In this document: piece after piece, positions 1 through 14,205 of the stretch
How positions within the stretch are numbered: position 1 is the stretch's first letter
Layout of the letters: each line of letters begins with the position of its first letter
Source: the human T2T-CHM13v2.0 reference genome, Homo sapiens
Strand: one strand, 5' to 3'
Length of the DNA: 64,000 nucleotides
Assembly (NCBI RefSeq): GCF_009914755.1
Contig: NC_060947.1
Notes under the pieces: generated by a model
What the model was told of the DNA's origin: nothing
Seen by the model: only the letters and a program-made list of their open reading frames with translations
Database searches by the model: none
Translations under genes and position numbers: made by a program

Positions 1-319
1 ACAAAATTGAGAAGCTGACAATCTGGGCAGTTTCAAAATATAGCTGGTATTTAAGACAGGTCATAAAAAATAAACTTATTGACTTTCAAATCTGACCTGA
101 CATTAGTACAAAGACATTCTTAACAAAAAAGAGACTATGTCTTCCCTTATCACCTTGTGTGTTCTCAAGACTTGAAGAATTTTAAAATAAATCTGGATAA
201 TATTGCCAACCCTAGTTAAGACAACAAATGAATTGAAGGTCTCTTAATTTCGGTATCTAGCATAATCATAGAAATGGTATCCTCCGGTAAGAAAAAGCCT
301 TGGCGGAGGTGGGGGGGCT

Positions 320-392
320 TTGAAAAATTACTGATGTTTATGTCCCACCCAAGTCTAATTACATCAGAATCTCTAGGTGTGAAAACCACTGA
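320..392. mobile_element. MER5-like hAT-Charlie MITE fragment
   Basis: Degenerate MER5-type motifs 'gtcccaccc...aattacatcagaatctctaggtgtg...aaccactg'. Confidence 0.45.
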
Positions 393-1376
393 TCTCTCTT
401 AGGTGCTTTGTACAAATTTCGATATTTAATAGGTGGTGACTTATGATTCTGATACAAGGTGTTGCTCAAAGATTATCCAACTGTTTTATGTCTTCACTTC
501 CCTCCCCTCCATGCATGCTTCGTGGAGAAGTGATTTGTAAAGGAAAAGCTCACAATTCCAATGTCTCCCCTCATGGCATTCTTTTCTTTTCCTTGATGAT
601 AAGAGATCACCAAAAGCAGAGGAATATCAGCTTAATGTATTGCTTCTAAAATATTCTACCAAAGTACCAACTGTGGCCAAAAAAATATTCTGCTCTCAGA
701 GAACTAGAGCACATATTATTTTTTGAATTAAAACTTTTGTGAATACTACATTCACACAATATATTTATATTAGCTTAATTTAAAATAATATTATAAATTA
801 AATTCCATGAAGTCAAATTAACATACTAGAAAAATATACCATGGTTTTCCTGTGGTTTTCCATATCCCTTTGTACTCTGCCCGAATATCTTTGAGAATAC
901 ATATATAGCAGTTTAAGAAGCATGACTGTCAGAGGGAAGGTTTAATTTAAAATTATCAGACTTGAGATATACACAGTTCTACTGTTAATTAGTTAAGTGG
1001 CCTTAGTAAATAACTTGACCTCTGTGGTTGTTTGCACACACACCCACACACGTGTTAAATTAGATTTGGGAGTCTTTTTATACTAAAAACATTCAAGATG
1101 GAAATTTTGTATGGTCTTATAAAAGGCTGGAAGTTGGAGACCTGTATAGCCACTAAAAAGTTGAAACTAAGGAAAATCCCTGAATGAGAGTTGTGTGTGT
1201 GTGTCTGTGTGTCTTTTGTTTATTAATTCTTTGGGAATCCATCATGGAGTTATAAATTTACTCAAAGTTCAGATAGCTTATGTTTCTTCTCTAAGATCAA
1301 TATTAAAACTTACATCTTTCTTTATTTGCTGGTTAGTTCCTTCTTGGAAAGGATGTAGTGAAAAATTTCCCTACAT

Positions 1377-1772
1377 TGGTTTTCAGTTATCCATTGCTGC
1401 ATAACAAACCATCCCAAAATAAGGTGGCTTTGAACAGCAATGACTTATTACTCCTCACAATTCTGTGGGTTGGCTGTTGTTCTCACCTGAGCTGACAGCA
1501 GTCAACTGGTGGCTATGCTTGGATAGCTGGGCCTCTGTCTTCACATAGTCTTTCATGGCAGCTTCTCCATAGCAGGGTCTCGGGCTTCCAGGAGGGCAAA
1601 CCCCAATGCACAACCACGTATCAAACCTCTGCTAGAATCATATCTGCTGGTGTTCTATTGGCCAAATCAAGGCACATGGGCAAATCCAGAGTCTATATGG
1701 AAGAGTATTACATAGGGCAAGACTTCTGCAAGATGTGATTCATTGCAGGCCATTATTTAACCATCCACCACA
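1377..1772 (-). mobile_element. MaLR solo LTR (MLT1 family)
   Basis: Starts 'tcagttatccattgctgcataacaaaccatcccaaa', contains 'ctattggccaaatcaaggcacatgggcaaatccaga', ends 'atccaccaca'; typical antisense MLT1 motifs. Confidence 0.85.
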
Positions 1773-2511
1773 ACCTCTTGTCCGTTTGATAAAGGTAATA
1801 GATGACACTGTATAATTTGAGAAATGCTATGAAGACATCCTCTTTCATATATTCCCAGAAAAACTGCAATTAGAGTTTCGTTCCATTGGATTAAGGTGAT
1901 GGTTCTCTACTGAAGTTCATTTCAGAGCTAGTCTGGTATTTTCTCAAAAGAAAAATAGATGTCTGGCTCCCTATGCAGAACAACCAAACCAAATCACTCC
2001 ATAGTTGATTCCGACGTACACACCTGATTAAAACTGACTGGGTTACATATTACATTTCCAGGAATGATAAATTAACTTGTGAAGACCAAATCAGAAGTGT
2101 AACACCAATATCTGATGGTCAAGATCTCAGAGAATAAAACTCACTGAGAATTTCAGATTCCTCCTTTTTAAGTCCTGCAAAAGTAGCCTAGTTCCTAAGT
2201 CTGGAATGTGGGAAATTTTGCCAAGGATTGTTTTGTTCTTCAGTCTCTCAATCCAAACTGAAGTAAATAGAGTTTCCTTCTAATATATTATTACAAAAAA
2301 TAGACATCTAATATAAGGGTTAATTATTCCTTTGCATATTTTAGGTAAGTACCACTAGGTGCATAAAAACAGTTCCTCGTTGACATGGTTAGGACTTACT
2401 CTTATTGAGGACAACTGACATAATAGATTAGCACATAACTTATTTAATGTGTTCATTTAAAACATAAAATATTTTAAGGGGATAAAACACACTAATGAAA
2501 TACTCATTGGT

Positions 2512-2847
<336 letters not shown>

Positions 2848-3504
2848 TTAACACTAAACTTAACTATAATCTTGCTTAATTCAACTCGTTTGTCATCTGA
2901 AGTTGAATAAAGCAATTCACTATGAGCCTTTTCTTACAGTTAGTCTTTCCTCTGAGTTTCTGGAGCAGCACGTTGGCTTTCTCATCTCACTCTGCCAGCT
3001 GAGTATTCAGTATATACACTCTTGTGTATGCTCAAGGGAGAGGACTTGCTTGCCCTTCTAACTTCCTTACATTCTCTTTTCCATTTGGCAGGCAAAAAAA
3101 TAACAGGCCTCATAGTGACTTTCCAAGTCTTAAGTTGAGAAAGTAATTTACTCAAACCACCTCTTCTTTTCTTCCAAAAAAGCTTGCATTGGTACACATA
3201 ATTATTATAAATGCTAACTTCAATCAGATGCTTAAGATTATGCATTAACCACTCAAACAGGCACCTGGCTCTTTTGGAAACAGTCCTATTTTTTAAGGGC
3301 TACACCCACTTTTTATTTTTGGACACTGCTTTTGAAATTCATTTAAAAATAACTGTTTTCAAATGAGCAGGTAAAGACATTATTGAATGCACTGGGTGAT
3401 GCCATTGGAGACAGGAAAATCTAAAGGCTTTTTGCATTTGCATGACTCAATCACCACACATATCACGTACATGCATGTTGAGCAGAGAAATAACACTGAT
3501 TTGA

Positions 3505-3660
3505 TTCATAAGACTGGGCCTGTAATTCTAGCTCCATCATCAATTATTTGTGAAGCCTTGAGAATGTCATTTCACCATGTAGGGTTTTATTTTATGCATG
3601 GTAAAAATAGGGTGGTGGTGTGCTAGTTTATTTCTAAAGTGATTGCCAGCTCTAATAGTC
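3505..3660 (+). mobile_element. MIR fragment
   Basis: Degenerate MIR core 'aagactgggcctgtaattctagctcc...tgtgaagccttgagaatgtcatttcacc...gtaaaaataggg'. Confidence 0.55.
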
Positions 3661-4147
3661 AACAATTCTAACCACATTGCACTTTTCTTGGTACTGATTT
3701 GATTCAGCCTCCTGTTTGAGGTCACAGATATTTTGATAACCTTCCCCACCAGTACCTGGGGTCTAAATTTCTTCGAGAAAATACTATACACACACAAAAG
3801 AAAGTACTACACAAATGTTTTAAGGAAATAAAGGGATTGGGGGCTATTCTTTGTAGCAGGAATTTTATGCCTAATGAACTAATAATTTACAGTCTTTTCT
3901 TCTTGAAACCTAATCTGTGAACCTCTATGGGATTATATATTCTCCAGGAGCTTTCTTATAAGTTACCACGACTGGATGGTTCAGGGTCCCACATACTGAT
4001 TCATGAACAGACCAGGTAGGTTAGAAAATCATTAATAGTTGTATTATCTGAGGCAAGAGCAGCCCTTTTACTATCCAGTAAAGTATTCTAAGTGCAGAAT
4101 ATTGGAACATCCCATCACTGAAAACATTGTTTAAAAATGTTCTGATA

Positions 4148-4243
4148 CAGGGTGTCTCAAAATTTAACACACACAGACCACCTGGGGATCTTGTTAAAAT
4201 GCAGGTTCTGATTCAGTACATTGGGGTTTGGGTCTGAGATTCT
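4148..4243. mobile_element. MER5 MITE, left part (split by an L1; remnant resumes ~8257-8305)
   Basis: 'cacctggggatcttgttaaaatgcaggttctgattcagta...gggtctgagattct' matches the MER5 core. Confidence 0.8.
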
Positions 4244-7200
4244 ATTTTTAAAAATTTATTGTTTTTTAAATTGACAACTATCATTGTATGTATTTATGGG
4301 GTACAATATGATGTTTTGATGCATATCTATACTGTATAATGATCTAATCAAGGTATTTTGTGAATCCATCACCTTATGCATTTATAATTTATCTCATGAG
4401 TTTGTGTTGAGAACATTCAAATTACTCTCTTCTAGCTATTTTGTAATATACAATATTTTACAACTAACCATAGTCACCCTACTGTGCAACAGAACACCAG
4501 AATTTATTCCTCCTATCTAATTGTAACTTTGTACTGATTGACCAGCTTCTCCCCATCTTCCCATCCTCCCTTCCCTCCCCAATCTCTAGTAACCACTATT
4601 CTACTCTCTGCTTCTATAATATCAACTTAAAACAATTCCACATGACTGAGATCATGCAATATTTGTCTTTCTGTGCCTGGCCTCCAGGTTCATTTATGTT
4701 GTCGCAAATGATAGGATTTTATTCCTGTGGCTGAATAGTGTTCCATTTTGTATACAGACCACATTTTCTTTATCCAGTTGTCTGTTGTTGGACACTTAGA
4801 TTGATTCCATATCTTGGCTGTTGTGAGTAGTGCTGCAATAAACATAGGAATGCAGATATCTCTCTGACATATTGATTTCATTTCCTTTGGATATGTACCC
4901 AGTAGTGGGATTGCTGGATATGGCAGTTCTATTTTTAATTTTTTGAGGAAACTCCATACTGTTTCCCGTAATGGCTATGCTAGTCTACACTCCTACCAAA
5001 AGTGTGCAGATTCCCCTTTCTCTATGTTTTTGCCAACACTTCTTTTCTTTGTGTCTTTTTGATAATAAGCACTCTAACTGAAGTGAAGTGGTAACTCATT
5101 GCGGTTTTGATTTGCATTTCCCTGATAATTAGTGATGTTGAACATTTTTTCATATCCCACCTGTTGGATATTTGTATGGTCTGTTTTAAAGAAACGTCTA
5201 TTAAGGCCTTTTGCCCATTTAAAAAGATCAGGTTACTTCTTGTTGTTGTTTTGCTCTTGAGTTGTTTAAGTTCCTTATGTATTTTGCATATTAACCCTTG
5301 TCAAATATGTAGTTTGCAAATATTTTCTCTCATTTCACTCATTGTCTCTTCTCTTCGTTAATGTTTTCCTTTGATAAGTAGTTGCTTTTTAGTTTAAGGT
5401 AATCCCAATTGTCTATTTTTGCTTTTGTTGCCTGTGCTTTTGAGGTCTAATTTCAAAAATCTTTCCCTAGCCCAGTATCACAATGCATTTTCCCTGTTTT
5501 CTCCTAGCAGTTTCATAGTTTGGGGTTTTCCATTTAAGTCTTTAATCTATTTTAAGTCAGATTTTGTGTATGGTGAGGGGTAGGGATATAGGTTTTTCTT
5601 CTGCATGTGAATATCCAATTTTCCCAGTACCATTTATTGAAGAGACTGTCTTCTCTAGCATGTGTTCTTGGCACCTTGGCCAAAAATCAGTTCTCTGTAG
5701 GTGTGTAAATTTATTTCTGGGTTGTCTTTTCTTTTCCATTAGTCTATGTGTCTGTTTTTATGCCAGTACCATGATGTTTTGGTTACTATAGCTTTGTAGT
5801 ATATTTTGAAGTCAGGTAGTGTGATGCCTCCAGCTTTGTTCTTTTTGCTCAGGATTGCTTTGGCTATTTGAGGTCCCTTGTGGTTACATATGAATTTTAG
5901 AATTTTTTTATTTCTATGAAGAATGTCATTGGTATTTTGACAGGGATTTCATTAGATGTGTAGATTACTCTGGATAACAGGACATTTTAAAAATAGTAGT
6001 TATTCCAATCCATGAGCACCAGATATCTTTTCATTTATTTGTGTCCCTTGCAATTTCTTTTATCAAAGTTTTATAGTTTCAGTGCAGAGGTCTTTCACCT
6101 CCTTGATTAAGTTTATCCCTCAGTATCTTTTTTGTAGCTCCTATGAAAGGAATTATTTTCTTGATTTCTTTTTCAGATAGTTCACTATTAACATATGAAA
6201 ACACTACTGATTTTGTATGTTCCTTTTGCATCTTGCGACTTTGCTAAATTTGTTTAATAGTTCTAGCAGATTTTGGTGGAATCTTTAGGGTTTTCTATAT
6301 ATAAGATTATGTCACTTGCAAATGAACAATTTGACTTCTTTACAATTTGGATGTCATGTATTTCTTTCTCTTGCCTAACTGCTTCTAGAACTTCCAGTGC
6401 TTCGTTGAATGGAAGTGGTGACAGTGGGCATCCTTGTCTAGTTATTGATCTTAGAGAAAAAGCTTTCAGTATTTCCCCATTCAGTATGATGTTAGCTGTG
6501 TGTTTGTAACATGTGGCCTTTATCATTCTGAGGTTCATACCTTCCATACTTAATTTGTTGAGAGTTTTTAATCATGAAGTGATGTTGAATTTTCTCAAAT
6601 GCTTTTTTCTGCATCTATTGAAATGATCATATAGTTCTTGTCTTTCTTTCTGTTAATGTGGTATCTCACATTTATTGATTCATGTATATTAAACTATACT
6701 TTCATCCCTAGAATAAATCTCACTTGAACACAGTGATCTGTTTAATATGTTGTTGTATTCAGTTTGCTAGCATTTTGTTGAGAATTTTTGCATCTATATT
6801 CACCAAAAATATTGGCTTGTAGTTTGTTGTTGTTTTGTCCTTGTCTGGTTTTGGAATCAGGGTAATTCTGGCTTTATAAAATGAATTTGGAAGTATTCCC
6901 TTCTCTTCAATTTTCTAGAATAGTTTGAGGAAAATTGGTGTTACTTCTTTTAATGTTTGGTAGAATTCAGCAATGAACCCATCAGGTCCTGGGCTTTCCT
7001 TTAATGAGATACTTTTTTTTGTTACTGATTCAATTTTCTCACTTGCTGTATTCAGATTTTCTATTTCTTTATAATTTAATCTTAGCAGATTGCATGTGTC
7101 CAGGAATTAATCCATTTCTTGTATATTATCAAATTTGTTGGCATACTGATGTTCACACAAAATCTCTAGTGATCCTTTGTATTTCTGTGGTATTAGTTGC

Positions 7201-8256
7201 AATGTCTTCTTCTTCATCTCTGATTTTATTTATCACCACTAAACCAGCCTTACAGGAAATTCTTATGGGGGTGCTACACCTGGAAATAAAATGAAAACAG
7301 ATGAAAGCATAAAACTGACCAGTAGAGGTAAATTCATAAATCAAACTCAGAATACTCCAGTGATGTGCTAGTGCTATGTAAATCTCTCAATCCTCTATTA
7401 CGAAGGTTTGAAGTCCAAATGGTCAGAACAACAACAGCTATAATTAATATATAAGAAACACACAATAGATGAAGAAGTAAATTAAGGCAACAAAAATATA
7501 AATTGTGAGGGAGAGGGAAAAGTTAAGATAATTTTTATGTGACCAAAGTTAAGTCGCTATCAGCTTAGAATGGCCTATTATAGCTATGATGATAATGTGT
7601 AGTTATGTTAGCTCCATAGCAGCCACAAAGAAAGAAATTACAGCAGATGCACAAATGAGAAAGAAAAAGAAAACAAAGCTCAGCACCACGGAAAACCCCC
7701 AAACCCAGAGATAAACAAGAGAGAAACAAAGAAACAAAGGGTCTATAAAACAACCAGAAAACAATAAACAAAATGGAAAGAGTAAGTTGCTGCCTATCAG
7801 TAATAATCTTGAATGTAAACAAGTTAAATTCTCCAATCCAAAAGACATAGAGTGACTGAATAAATTAAAACACAAGACCCAACTATATGCTGCCTACAAG
7901 AGGTCGGCCTAACTCTTAAAAACAAATATAAACTGAAAATGAAGGAAAGGAAAAAGATATTCTATGAAAATAGAAACCAAAAATGAACAGGAGTAGCCAT
8001 CTGTATATCAGATAAAATAGACTTTAAGTCAAAAAATGTAAAAAGATATAAAGAAGGTGATTATATAATGATAAAAGGATCAATTTAAAGAGAGGATATA
8101 ATAGTTGTAAATATATATATATATTTTATATATATGCATCCAACACTGGGGGACCCAGATATATAAATCAAATATTATCAGACCTAAAGGGAGTGATACT
8201 GCAATAAAATAATGATAGGGGACTTCAACACCCCACTTTCAACAATGGACAGGTCA
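4244..8256 (-). mobile_element. Old L1 (L1MA-like), ~4 kb, 5'-truncated with 5' inversion
   Basis: 3'UTR and ORF2 on the minus strand 4244-~7231 (RT peptide '[12 protein letters not shown]'); ORF1 end, long inter-ORF spacer and endonuclease start on the plus strand ~7232-8256; TSD TTTGGGTCTGAGA(T/A)TCT at 4227-4243 and 8257-8273 (16/17). Confidence 0.93.
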
Positions 8257-10879
8257 TTTGGGTCTGAGAATCTGCTAGTCACAGATAGTACTTTGAGAAA
8301 CGAGGCACTAAGGGATTGGATGAAAATGCCTGTGGATTTTATATTAATTATAATTCAGTTTGCCTAGTGTAAAGACAGATAGGCTGTACACCACTTTCAA
8401 AACATACTAACTGAGCGAACATGGGAAAGATCTCTTTCCAAATGGCACATCAATAGAATGGCATGTTTCAGCTTTAAATATTCATGACTTGTCTTTCTCT
8501 TGTTTCTTTCAAGTGTTTTGACATTTACTTAAGTAATTACTGTCACTATCAAATGGCAGCCCATATTTTTGTCCTTTGCAAATCCCCCATGTTATTATTC
8601 ATGCCTTTGTTCCATTTCCACTCTTGGAAGCTGCTTTTATCAGGTTTGCCAGGTGGATTCCACACATATCTTGAATTAATCTACACAGCCCATCAGACTG
8701 TAGCCAACTTCATTTAATCAAGAAAAGCACAGAGGGAGACAGTAACAGGAAGGAGAGATTGGAAGCCTGATGACCACTACAAGGTACACTGATCAGACAA
8801 AACAAAAAAGCCACTTTCCACTCACGTCTGCTTATAACTGGCAATGCCAGAATCTTAATGTGTTTTGCTAAATCCATTGCAGAGTTGTCTTCCAAAGATA
8901 CATATTGATGTGTTAGCTTCACAGTCTTTGTTTCCCAAAGGTATCTTTATTACCAAATATTGCAGAACTGACAAATTGTCTTCCTCTCTTTCTGTGAGTT
9001 CATTTGGGACTTGAGTTATGGGAGATGCTTAAAGGAAAAGGGAGGTATCATGTGTTTCTAATTGTGCTAAAATCTCTAAATATATTATTATAAGCCTGTT
9101 TAGAGTATTTAACACATAGTCAGTTATGCATGAATCTCCTATGAATGGCTGATTTTTCTTTTATTAAAGGAAAAAATCATTTTTAGATTAATAAGTGGTT
9201 CATTTTTCAATAAAAATTTTTTGGCTCTGCTCTACAAAAATAAATCCATCAAAACTCTCTCAGTAATGGCCACAAATATTTTGTATTTGTGCACTTTTAA
9301 ACTAAAAGTTGAAGTCATTCTAAAGTCAATCAATTAGTCCTTAACCAAGGTTAGGTACAATTGGGTATTAGCATGCTACTGCATAATACACTGAGCTTCC
9401 AGAACAGAAAGTAATCAGCCAAGTTTTAAATGTTCTAGAGCCTTTGAATCAGGCAAAAACCAAATACTTTACATGTTAATTTTGCATATAAAGAAACCCA
9501 GAAGGGGTTAACTTAATCCAAGATCTGAGAAAGTCAGATGGACAACATGGAAGCTGTCATTTTATGACATCTGTCACTATAGCAGCTAAATTTGGTGGGG
9601 CGGGCAAATTATATTGGGAAAATGGCCTTTTGACAATTTTTTTTTAGTATTGATAATATACATTGTTTTTTCTTCCTTCAGGCATTATGCCTCCTTCCTT
9701 TCCCAAGAGACAAAAGAGCAGTCCTTGTAGGTAGTTTTTAATAATGTAGCTCAATACTGTCAAGTCTGAATACTTCCATGCGGTAGGCTATAGAACACTT
9801 CTCTTGTGTGTTGGGGGTGGGGGACGCGGGGGAGGGGGGTGTCTTTTGCAACCTGAACTTTCTGATTCTGCCAGGCCCTTTTGGAATCAGCAAGGTAGGA
9901 TGTGTGATGTCAGCAACTGTGCCTGTTAGGGAGGAAGGGTTCTCTGTGGGGTAAGCTGACGTCTCTCTAGGAAATGACTTCTGTGCTGATGCTCTGATTT
10001 CTCCCTTTGGGGCACAAATTCATCCTGACACACATCTGCAGAGAAAAAAAAAATAGATCACAGTTTCATTTTCTCAGGAGTAACCTTTTCTGGTGGTCTC
10101 CAGGTCACTTCAGGTGACGTCTGACACCTGTGTATTGGTGAACATCACAGAGCAAAAAGAGAACACAGGGCTACTGCTCGGGCTGCCCTTTGCTTGGCTC
10201 ATTTCCATGCTTCTTTGGGAGTTAATATTTTGAGATCTTCTTTCCACAGAACTTCTCAACTCTTGAAATGCCTAGAACTGAATATGCTTACCTCATTTCA
10301 TGTGATGGATGCTATTGAGAATTGCTTATATAGAATTAATCTTTCCTCTTGATTCAGATCATAATGCGAGATGTTTTATTTCTATTCCAAAGTGATCTCC
10401 ATTTAACAAGGCTCCTAACATGAAATTTAGTGCCATCAGTCAGTCACATAATTAATAATCTGTGGAATATCATAATGTGCTGTTGTGATACTTGCTATTT
10501 GCAAAGGTCTTTAATGAAATACTGCAAGGGGCATGGAGTGGGAAGTAAGAAGGTATTACCTCTTTGCTCTGTGATGCCTCTATTGGAGAAATTTATTTGA
10601 AAAAATGACCTTTTTAAAATTGCTCCCTAATATTAATTATAAATCTATATTAGAAAAGAAACTCATTCATTCTATAGTCACTATTTATATCACTAGTAAG
10701 GGAAGCTTTGATCTTTTCTATCATAGATTGATGGCCTTATAAAATGAGTCTTAAGGTAGAAAGAAAAAAATTTAGTGTTTGTTCAGTAAATGAAATAACA
10801 TCTTTTGGTCCATCTCAAATGTCCCCTTCCCCCACTGAAATGGGACTGGTAGCATCACTTCAGAATGGGAGGATTAAAA

Positions 10880-11465
10880 TTTTATCATCTAATTGTCATT
10901 TATTTTCTTTATGGTCCTGTTTAAGAATGTTTTGCTTTCTCAAAAGTCATAAAAACTGTATCCTATGTTTTCTTCTTTTCTCTACTTTACATTTATATCT
11001 ACTATCTATCTGAAATTGATTTTTGTGGTTGGTGTGGGGGTAGCAGTCAAGATTCACTGTTTTATCAGTTGGATATTTAAATAATCCAAGACCATTTCTT
11101 GAAAAGATCACCTTGTCTCCCATGCCACTGCATAATCAATTTTATCAGAAATCATGTGACAGTATATGAGTGGTCTGTTTCTAGACTCTATTTTCTTCCA
11201 TTGATCTATTTGTCTATTCTTGCACCAATACCACATAAACTTCATTGCTTTAACTTTATAATAAGTCTTGATATCTGACAATGTCCTCTAGCTCTTTGCT
11301 TCTTCAAGATTTCCATGGCTTTTCCTGGCCTTTGAATTTCCATATAAACTTTAGTAGCAGTTTGTGCATTTCCATTACGATTGAGATTGCATCAAATCTA
11401 TAGACCAATTAGGAGAAAAATGGTAACTTTACAATATTGATTATTTGAACCCATGAATATAGTCT
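10880..11465 (-). mobile_element. Ancient L1 (L1M) ORF2 fragment
   Basis: Degenerate antisense ORF2 motifs 'gaaattgatttttgtg', 'ttgcaccaataccaca', 'ttccatataaactttag', 'gagattgcatcaaatctatagacc'. Confidence 0.8.
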
Positions 11466-11840
11466 ATGTGGAGGAGCAGGATTAAAGTTTAAAAAGATCT
11501 GGAATAAATCCTGCTTTCCCCCAAATTAAACATTTAGTTGAGTGCCAGATATGCCCTACCAAAAAAAATGTGAAGAAGGTGAGTATTGGCTTCAGTACCA
11601 CTCTGCATTTTTTTTTATCTTCTCTTCTCACTTTTATACCACTGGAAGTCCAGGAACCTCATCAATTTCTTTTGGGTGTCTGGGCATGTTCATTTCAAGC
11701 AAACTCCATATCACATCTCTCCAATCAAAACTCATGCATCACACAGTAACGCAATACAAAATTGTGATGAGCTACTCATTTAAGAAATGTTAGTTAAGTT
11801 TGGAATCGTATACACTGTATCAGGAAATATTTTTGATTGG

Positions 11841-12225
11841 TGTATCAGTAACTATGACCACGATACTGCTGCATAACAGCCACAGAATCTCAGAGGCATA
11901 CAACAATAGGGTCACAAGTCTGAATATCAGCTAAGGGATGGCTATATAGGAGGACTTGGGTGGGGAGGCTCTGCTCTTTGTTTCTCTCATTTTCCTCCCA
12001 AGAGCAGTGAGCTAGTCAGAACGAGTTCTTTCCATAGGTTTGCAGAGGTGTAAGTGAGAAAGCCCTGTCTCTCGAGTGCTTTTCATGCCTTGTATCTCCT
12101 GACATTCCACTGTCTAATGCAAGCAAGTGGACAAACCCAGAATCAAGGGATGAGCAAGCATGTTCCACCCACAAAGTGAAAGAGGGGTGAGTGAATAATT
12201 TTTAACAATAACCTAATATACCATA
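11841..12225 (-). mobile_element. MaLR solo LTR (old MLT1)
   Basis: 'tgtatcagtaactatgaccac...ctgcataacagccacagaatctcagaggcatacaacaata' and 'gacattccactgtctaatgcaagcaagtggacaaacccagaatcaaggg'. Confidence 0.8.
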
Positions 12226-12429
12226 GTTGAGCAATCTCACAAGTTCTTAAACCTATGAGCTTGCTAAATGTCAATGTATAATCAAATTCTATTTTAATGA
12301 AATAACAGACATTAGCAGATATCATTGTGTTGCCCTAAGGATTCCTTTGTTTTAGATGTATCCAGCCTACATTTCATCAGTGACACATCTCTGTGCCCCA
12401 CATGTATTCCTCACTCATCTACGGGCTTA

Positions 12430-12762
12430 ATTCTCCATCCCTTCAAGATTCAGCAAAAGTCTTTCCTCCTCTTGGAAGCCTCCCTAATGTCTTTTCCTGT
12501 CGAGTATTTTTCGAATGTCCGTCCTCTGGTGCCAACAGAAATCACACTGTGCATTAATCTATTAAAGCACTTAATACATTGTGTTGAAAATATAATTTGT
12601 TTATCTGCCCCACAAAGAAGACTTTAACATATTTTCTGTCTCAACTGCCCCACCTATTCTTTTTACAGTGGGTCTGTAGGACAGGATTGATCTTTATCTC
12701 CTTATTCTAGGTACTTAACATTTTGTGGGTGATAATTCATGTTAAATGAGTAAATGAATGAT
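12430..12762 (+). mobile_element. L2 3' fragment
   Basis: 'cccttcaagattcagc...cctccttggaagcctcccta' and terminal 'gttaaatgagtaaatgaatga'. Confidence 0.6.
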
Positions 12763-13559
12763 TCCCGTGCACGTGTAGTGAATGTATATTTCCTCAGAAT
12801 GTGTTTTGTGTCTCCTAGAAAGAAGTAACGTAATTGAGTCACAGTATTCGTTAAATTATATGTTTTTGGTCTATTTTGCTATTTTATGTATGCCTCAAAC
12901 TCTAGTTGAGAGCTTCTCTTTTTTATTTAGATAAAAGAAATAGAAAAATTTAGAGGCAAACATTACTTAAACATGAAGCACTGTTTTGATTTAAAATAAA
13001 AATTAATTGCCTTCTAAAATATCAAGTTCTGCTTAATTTTAGAAAAAGACTATTTTTATACCTATAATACTTATATCTTCTACCACTTTGGTTTCCTTGA
13101 AGTTGCCTATTGAGACTAATTTTAAAAATGGAAAACTTACACTGTCCCTGAACAGAAAATGTGTTCACATTTGAACTGCCTTGAGAACCTCTGTAAGTAG
13201 CGGCCACACATATGTGCCTTCTCCAGCTGGTATCTGGTTATCCTTATATGAGGGTGTGCTTTCTCTCCTTCCTCCTAAAAAGATCATTTCCTCCTCCTCC
13301 AGCACAAAGAAAAGTTCCTTTTGGTTCATTCATTGGCAAAAAAAGTCTCAATTCCAGAAGATAACAAGATTTAGGGTGGTTATGTGACAGTGATGTTTTA
13401 AACTCTAACTTTTTATTTCCTTTGAGTGATAGCTAAGTTGCTGGGCAGAAGGCAGAATTGAAGATGCTCAGTTACGTTTATTCCCTTTTCATGTACTTAA
13501 AACCTCAAGATTTAGTTTAAGAATTTCTTTAATGTACATTTTCAGTTAATCGATCCCTT

Positions 13560-14205
13560 TATAAATAATAATTTAATGTTTTTCTAAACAATGTGTGTTC
13601 ATTATAGAAAATACAGACAATAGCAAAATAAAAGTAATAAAATTGAAATTATCCCTAATCTCAAAACTGTATGCTCATTATGAAAATATAAACCATATAG
13701 TTAAATAAAAATAATATTTAAATTATCCAAAAACTCAATATTGAGATAAAACCACTATTAACATTCCCACCTCTCTCTCTCTCTATATATATATATACAT
13801 GTACATATATATAGTATGCACATGCATTTTTTAACAAAAACATAAAAATATTGTACATGTTTCTTAACCTGCCGTTTCACTTAATAATATATACTGAACA
13901 TTAATATTTCCCTAGTTCTTATTCTTCCACAATGTTATTTTAATGGCTAAATTATATTCCATTGTATGATTATATAACAGTTAATTTATCCAGTCCTCTC
14001 TTGGTGCATATTTAGGTGGTTTCTAATTTCTTTCCTCATAAACATCATTTTAGCAAACGCCCCCGTAGCCATAGATTTTCAAAGCCCTATGATCTTCCCA
14101 CTCCCCTACACAACTTAGGATAAATTCCTATGAGTAGATTTGCTAGATCAAAAGATATGCAAAATACAAATTAAATCTTCTCATATGGATTGCCAAATGG
14201 CCTTT
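13560..14205 (-). mobile_element. Ancient L1 (L1ME-like) 3' fragment
   Basis: 'ttttaatggctaaattatattccattgtatg', 'catatttaggtggtttctaattt', 'ttaggataaattcctatgagtagatttgctagatcaaa'. Confidence 0.7.

Noticed and set aside
9682-9730. Possible small exon (pyrimidine tract plus CAG acceptor, AG|GTAGTT donor)
   Set aside because: Weak donor, no recognisable peptide, and such site pairs are common by chance.
13597-13740. Degenerate ~70-bp tandem duplication at an L1ME 3' end
   Set aside because: Very AT-rich and only moderately similar; it cannot be separated from low-complexity chance matching by eye.
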